Source: an uncultured Nitrosopumilaceae archaeon (GTDB taxonomy: Archaea > Thermoproteota > Nitrososphaeria > Nitrososphaerales > Nitrosopumilaceae). Taken from it: a DNA stretch of 63,001 bases. The stretch spans positions 1-63,001 of the forward strand of contig CALCPD010000008.1 in NCBI GenBank assembly GCA_937897875.1, given 5' to 3'. Shown here piece by piece: positions 59,250 through 63,001 of the stretch (positions within the stretch are counted from its first letter, which is position 1; the number at the start of each line of letters is the position of its first letter). The notes beneath the pieces were generated by a model. It worked only from the letters and a program-made list of their open reading frames with translations. It did no database searches and was not told the origin of the DNA. Both the position numbers and the translations under genes were made by a program.

Positions 59250-59554
59250 ACACAGGTAATGGAATGACGTAAATTCCAAAAAATCAAGACATAGTGATAA
59301 AAGATCTCTAATTTAGTTCCAGTATATGAAACTCAGTATCATAAATTTATAAAAATAAAATACATTGTTTAAAATCCAAAGTATAAAGTAGTAATGTATG
59401 TATGAAAAGAAACTTCTACAAGATCAAAAAGAGCGTTCAGTTCTTTTTGTAGGATTTCTAGTTATTGTGGGAATATCAATTATGTTGATCCCATAATTAT
59501 TTCTTTTTTGTGAATTTAATATAAAAAAATGAAATAATAAGTTCAAATAAAAAA

Positions 59555-60640
59555 TTAAGTCATTAGTATTTTTTTGGAAAGATTAACAGACAATACCATG
59601 CCTAGAATACCCATAATTATTGCAGGGATTATGGTGTACACCAAGACAGTTTGAATTAATTCAAAATAAACAAAATAAATTAAACTAGGGGAGACCAATT
59701 TACCCAATAAAATTTCATTAAAAGTATACATCACATAAGGATAATAGACCAAATAAAATATTGAACCTAGCAATCCACCTACAAAAAATCTAGATAATTT
59801 AGATCTATTCATTTTAAGAAATATATCAGCAATAACAAATGGAATTAAATTTAATGAGTAAAATTGAATAGTATCAAACATTGCAAAATTAGGAATTATT
59901 GCAGTTGAACTATAAATTAATAAAAATAATCCACCCAGAACACTCATAATTCCAAATTGATGATTAGACAATCTAAAAATCAAAGTTAACGAAAGTGAAA
60001 TCAAAAAAGGATATGCCAAAGATGCGATAATGAAAGCAATAGTAGGTTCAGGATTAAATTCAAAAAAATCTGTACTAGAGAAAGGCAAAGACAGGGAAGA
60101 AATTATTCCAGATGCAGATAACCAAACAGGAATTACAGCCAAAATCAACAAATATTTTACAATAGAAGTGGAATCATTAAATTTCAAATATCTTGAGATT
60201 CCAATCATCCCACCAACACTACACAGAAACATTCCAATAATCAAAGTAAAATGAGGAGGACTGAGCAATCCATCTAAACCAAAATAAGAATGCCAAACAA
60301 AATCCAAAGGTCCAGCACCAGTAAGTAACCCTATTCCAATTAATTTAATTTTTAATGGTAGAAAATAGTTGTGCTTAAATTTTTGTAAATTTTTCCAACC
60401 AACAAAAGTTAAAACTACACCAACCAAAGATATAGCCACACCAGAATACATTAAAGCGTGAGGCGGGGAGAAAAAAGTTTCAGGTTTACTAAGTAAATGA
60501 TTTGTGATATCCCAACTTCCACCCACAGTTACTAAAAGAATACCAAGACTAGTAAGAATACTACCGAATAAAAAAATAATTTCAGAGTTAGATTTTAGAA
60601 AAATTTGAGATGATTTTGTAGTCATAGTACTAATTAACAT
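59555..60640 (-). CDS. Polytopic membrane protein with two D-x3-H-x12-H motifs
   Basis: WDITNHLLSKPETFFSPPH and LDFVWHSYFGLDGLLSPPH; about 10 TM helices. Confidence 0.75.
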   Translation of the reverse strand: MLISTMTTKSSQIFLKSNSEIIFLFGSILTSLGILLVTVGGSWDITNHLLSKPETFFSPPHALMYSGVAISLVGVVLTFVGWKNLQKFKHNYFLPLKIKLIGIGLLTGAGPLDFVWHSYFGLDGLLSPPHFTLIIGMFLCSVGGMIGISRYLKFNDSTSIVKYLLILAVIPVWLSASGIISSLSLPFSSTDFFEFNPEPTIAFIIASLAYPFLISLSLTLIFRLSNHQFGIMSVLGGLFLLIYSSTAIIPNFAMFDTIQFYSLNLIPFVIADIFLKMNRSKLSRFFVGGLLGSIFYLVYYPYVMYTFNEILLGKLVSPSLIYFVYFELIQTVLVYTIIPAIIMGILGMVLSVNLSKKILMT

Positions 60641-60650
60641 TCACAAAATA

Positions 60651-61232
60651 TTAGGGATTTACAGTTACCGAATAAACCAAAACATGTTCATTCTGATGAT
60701 CCAGTGTTCCAGAATGAGGATAATGTGAAAGATCACTAGAATGAGGAATACCAATTGATTTTACATAGACATCAAAAATTCCAGACTTTTTTGGAGTCAC
60801 AACAACATCAAAATAAGTCTCAACATCAGATTTTAGAGGTCTACTCATAGCTTCAATCGAAGGATATTCAGCAAAAGTGGTTTCAACACCTCCACTATAA
60901 TTTGAACCAATTTTTTCGCCAACTGAAATGTAAGATGGAGACAATGTAAAATCATATGTAGCAATTTTTACAACGTCATCAATTTCAATTAGATCGGGAA
61001 ACGCTATAGAAACAATATGAATATCAGCATAATCACCAATATTTTCAGAAACAATAGAAAGCCGAAATGAATCACCCACATCAATATTAGTTTCAGACAG
61101 TACAGCTTCAAAAACAGGTTGTGGAACTAATTGTTCAGTCAATAAGAATTCAGAAGGAAAAACAAAGATAGTCAAAATAAAGTATAAAGATAAAATCGTA
61201 AAACAACTCAAATAAATTAAAAATTTATTCAT
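60651..61232 (-). CDS. Membrane-anchored exported beta-rich protein
   Basis: N-terminal TM helix; His-containing C-terminus (HSSDLSHYPHSGTLDHQNEH). Confidence 0.7.
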   Translation of the reverse strand: MNKFLIYLSCFTILSLYFILTIFVFPSEFLLTEQLVPQPVFEAVLSETNIDVGDSFRLSIVSENIGDYADIHIVSIAFPDLIEIDDVVKIATYDFTLSPSYISVGEKIGSNYSGGVETTFAEYPSIEAMSRPLKSDVETYFDVVVTPKKSGIFDVYVKSIGIPHSSDLSHYPHSGTLDHQNEHVLVYSVTVNP

Positions 61233-61391
61233 ACAAATTCACATTAATTTACCACTAAAAAATGAAACACGACACATCAATTACAAATAAGATAACTCAC
61301 CATAAACGAGATTATATTTTACCATACCTAGCAAAAAATTACAAAGTGCTACGGTTTTAATGGAAAAGAATAATGTAAGAAATGAACAACG

Positions 61392-62507
61392 TTGGGAATT
61401 CCTGAAAAAATTAAATCCATTCAAGATGAAATGGCAAAAACTCAGATCAATAAGGCAACAGAACACCACATAGGATTACTAAAAGCAAAAATTGCAAAAT
61501 TAAAAAGAGAGCAGGAAGCAGAAGTTACCAAAAAATCAGGAATGAAACAAGATGGATTCGATGTTAGACGTAGTGGAGATGCCACAGTTGTATTCATAGG
61601 ATTACCAAGTGTTGGAAAATCAACATTGCTAAATAAAATGACAGGTGCAAATTCTACAATAGGTGCATTTCAGTTTACCACATTAACAGTGGTTCCAGGA
61701 ATGATGGATTATAGAGGTGCAAAAATTCAAGTTTTAGATCTTCCAGGAATTATCAAAGGGGCATCATCAGGTAAAGGTTTAGGAAAAAGAATTCTATCAG
61801 TTGCAAGAACAGCAGATTTAGTTTTACTGGTATTAGATGTGTTTCAACCATATCACGAAGATGTATTAACAAATGAATTAGGTAATATAGGAATCAGACT
61901 AAATCAATTACCGCCAAACATTACAATTGAAAAAGCATCAATGGGAGGAATTGCAATTGCACAACAAACTAAGCTTACAAAAATTACAGAAAAACATCTT
62001 AAAGATATTTTACATTTGTATGGATTAGTGAGTGCACGAGTGGTAGTAAGAGAAGATATCACATCAGAACAAATAGCAGATCACATAGCAGGAAATATCA
62101 GTTATTCAAAAGCAATTACAGTTTTAAATAAAATTGATCTAGTAGACAAGAAATTTCTAACAGATTTAAAATCGAAATTAAAAACAGATGTTGTAGAAGT
62201 TTCTGCAAATGCAGATATTAACATTGAAGAATTAAAAGAGAAAATTTATGGAAAATTAAAATTCATAAGAATATACATGCGTCCTAAAGGCGGAGAAACA
62301 GATTTCAAAGAACCATTTATTTCAAGAGAAGGAGACACTGTAGAAGATGTTTGTAACAAATTACATAGAAGATTAAAAAGAGAATTCAGATACGGATTAG
62401 TTTGGGGTAAAAGTGTGAAATTTGGTGGGCAAAGAGTTGGTTTAACCCACATCATGCAAGATGAAGATGTCTTAACAATAATCAAAAGAAAAGGCATGGG
62501 ATTTTAG
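61392..62507 (+). CDS. DRG/OBG-family GTPase with TGS domain
   Basis: NKATEHH, GLPSVGKST, FTTLT, DLPG, NKID, GQRVG..H...DEDV. Confidence 0.95.
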   Translation: MGIPEKIKSIQDEMAKTQINKATEHHIGLLKAKIAKLKREQEAEVTKKSGMKQDGFDVRRSGDATVVFIGLPSVGKSTLLNKMTGANSTIGAFQFTTLTVVPGMMDYRGAKIQVLDLPGIIKGASSGKGLGKRILSVARTADLVLLVLDVFQPYHEDVLTNELGNIGIRLNQLPPNITIEKASMGGIAIAQQTKLTKITEKHLKDILHLYGLVSARVVVREDITSEQIADHIAGNISYSKAITVLNKIDLVDKKFLTDLKSKLKTDVVEVSANADINIEELKEKIYGKLKFIRIYMRPKGGETDFKEPFISREGDTVEDVCNKLHRRLKREFRYGLVWGKSVKFGGQRVGLTHIMQDEDVLTIIKRKGMGF

Positions 62508-62769
62508 TAAAATAGATCAGAAAAAAGAAAAAGAAAACGTACAAAAAAAGATGGAAAAATTTTAAAATAATCAATTGTATGCGTAAAATTTTGAAAAATA
62601 GACAGACGATCAAAACAATGTAAGAAAAAAAGAAAAGTAAACACAAAAGAAAAAGAAAATTACGATCAAAAATTATTTACATCAATAAAATTACTTCACT
62701 AATTGTAATCAAATTGTGTAAATTTTTTTAGTTTAACCACTGAAAAACAATGAAAATATCGATTTTAGC

Positions 62770-63001
62770 ATGGCTACAAAAAGAAAAGCTGCAACTAAAC
62801 GTAGATCAACTACAAAAGCAGCTCCAAAAAGAAAAGCTACTAAAAAAACTGCAACTAGAAAAGCAGCTCCAAAGAGAAAAGCAGCTCCAAAGAGAAAGGC
62901 AGCAGCAAAACGCAAAGCCGCTCCAAAGAGAAAAACTGCAGCAAAACGCAAAGCAGCTCCAAAGAGAAAAGCAGCTCCAAAGAGAAAGGCAGCAGCAAAA
63001 C
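62770..63001 (+). CDS. Lys/Ala/Arg-rich histone H1-like protein (3'-truncated by window)
   Basis: MATKRKAATKRRSTTKAAPKRKATKK...(KRKAAP)n, open to window end. Confidence 0.75.
   Translation, partial: MATKRKAATKRRSTTKAAPKRKATKKTATRKAAPKRKAAPKRKAAAKRKAAPKRKTAAKRKAAPKRKAAPKRKAAAK

Noticed and set aside
61249-61257. TTACCACTA variant box
   Set aside because: Wrong distance and orientation relative to both flanking genes
62733-62951. 72-aa hydrophobic minus-strand ORF
   Set aside because: Antisense of the Lys/Ala-rich repeat gene

Overview
AT-rich archaeal chromosome segment from a marine ammonia-oxidising archaeon (Nitrosopumilaceae-like, inferred from CdvA, TBP, two TFBs, PolB, ThyX, PPDK and repeated 'WxKNNAGWWADG' surface-protein modules). 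The middle and far end are mostly housekeeping genes, plus a tRNA-Ser(CGA). The main finding is a putative light/B12-responsive regulon spread over two clusters (about 1.2-12.3 kb and 47-55 kb). A 9-bp motif, TTRGCACTA, occurs 14 times by manual scan, always in promoter regions. Eleven copies lie 49-51 nt before a start codon and about 20 nt upstream of a TATA box. The genes behind it include a CarH/LitR-type B12 photoreceptor domain fused to a non-MerR N-terminal domain, an alternative TFB, a DICT-photolyase-DICT cassette, DUF1722/YbgA, a CrtI-family oxidoreductase, an SRPBCC protein, a YbjT-like SDR and a PPOX-family protein. A second B12-domain paralog lacks the photochemistry residues. Other observations are a membrane protein with two AmoC/PmoC-like D-x3-H-x12-H motifs, a candidate structured ncRNA and several unannotated small proteins. 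All calls come from reading the sequence; no searches were run.
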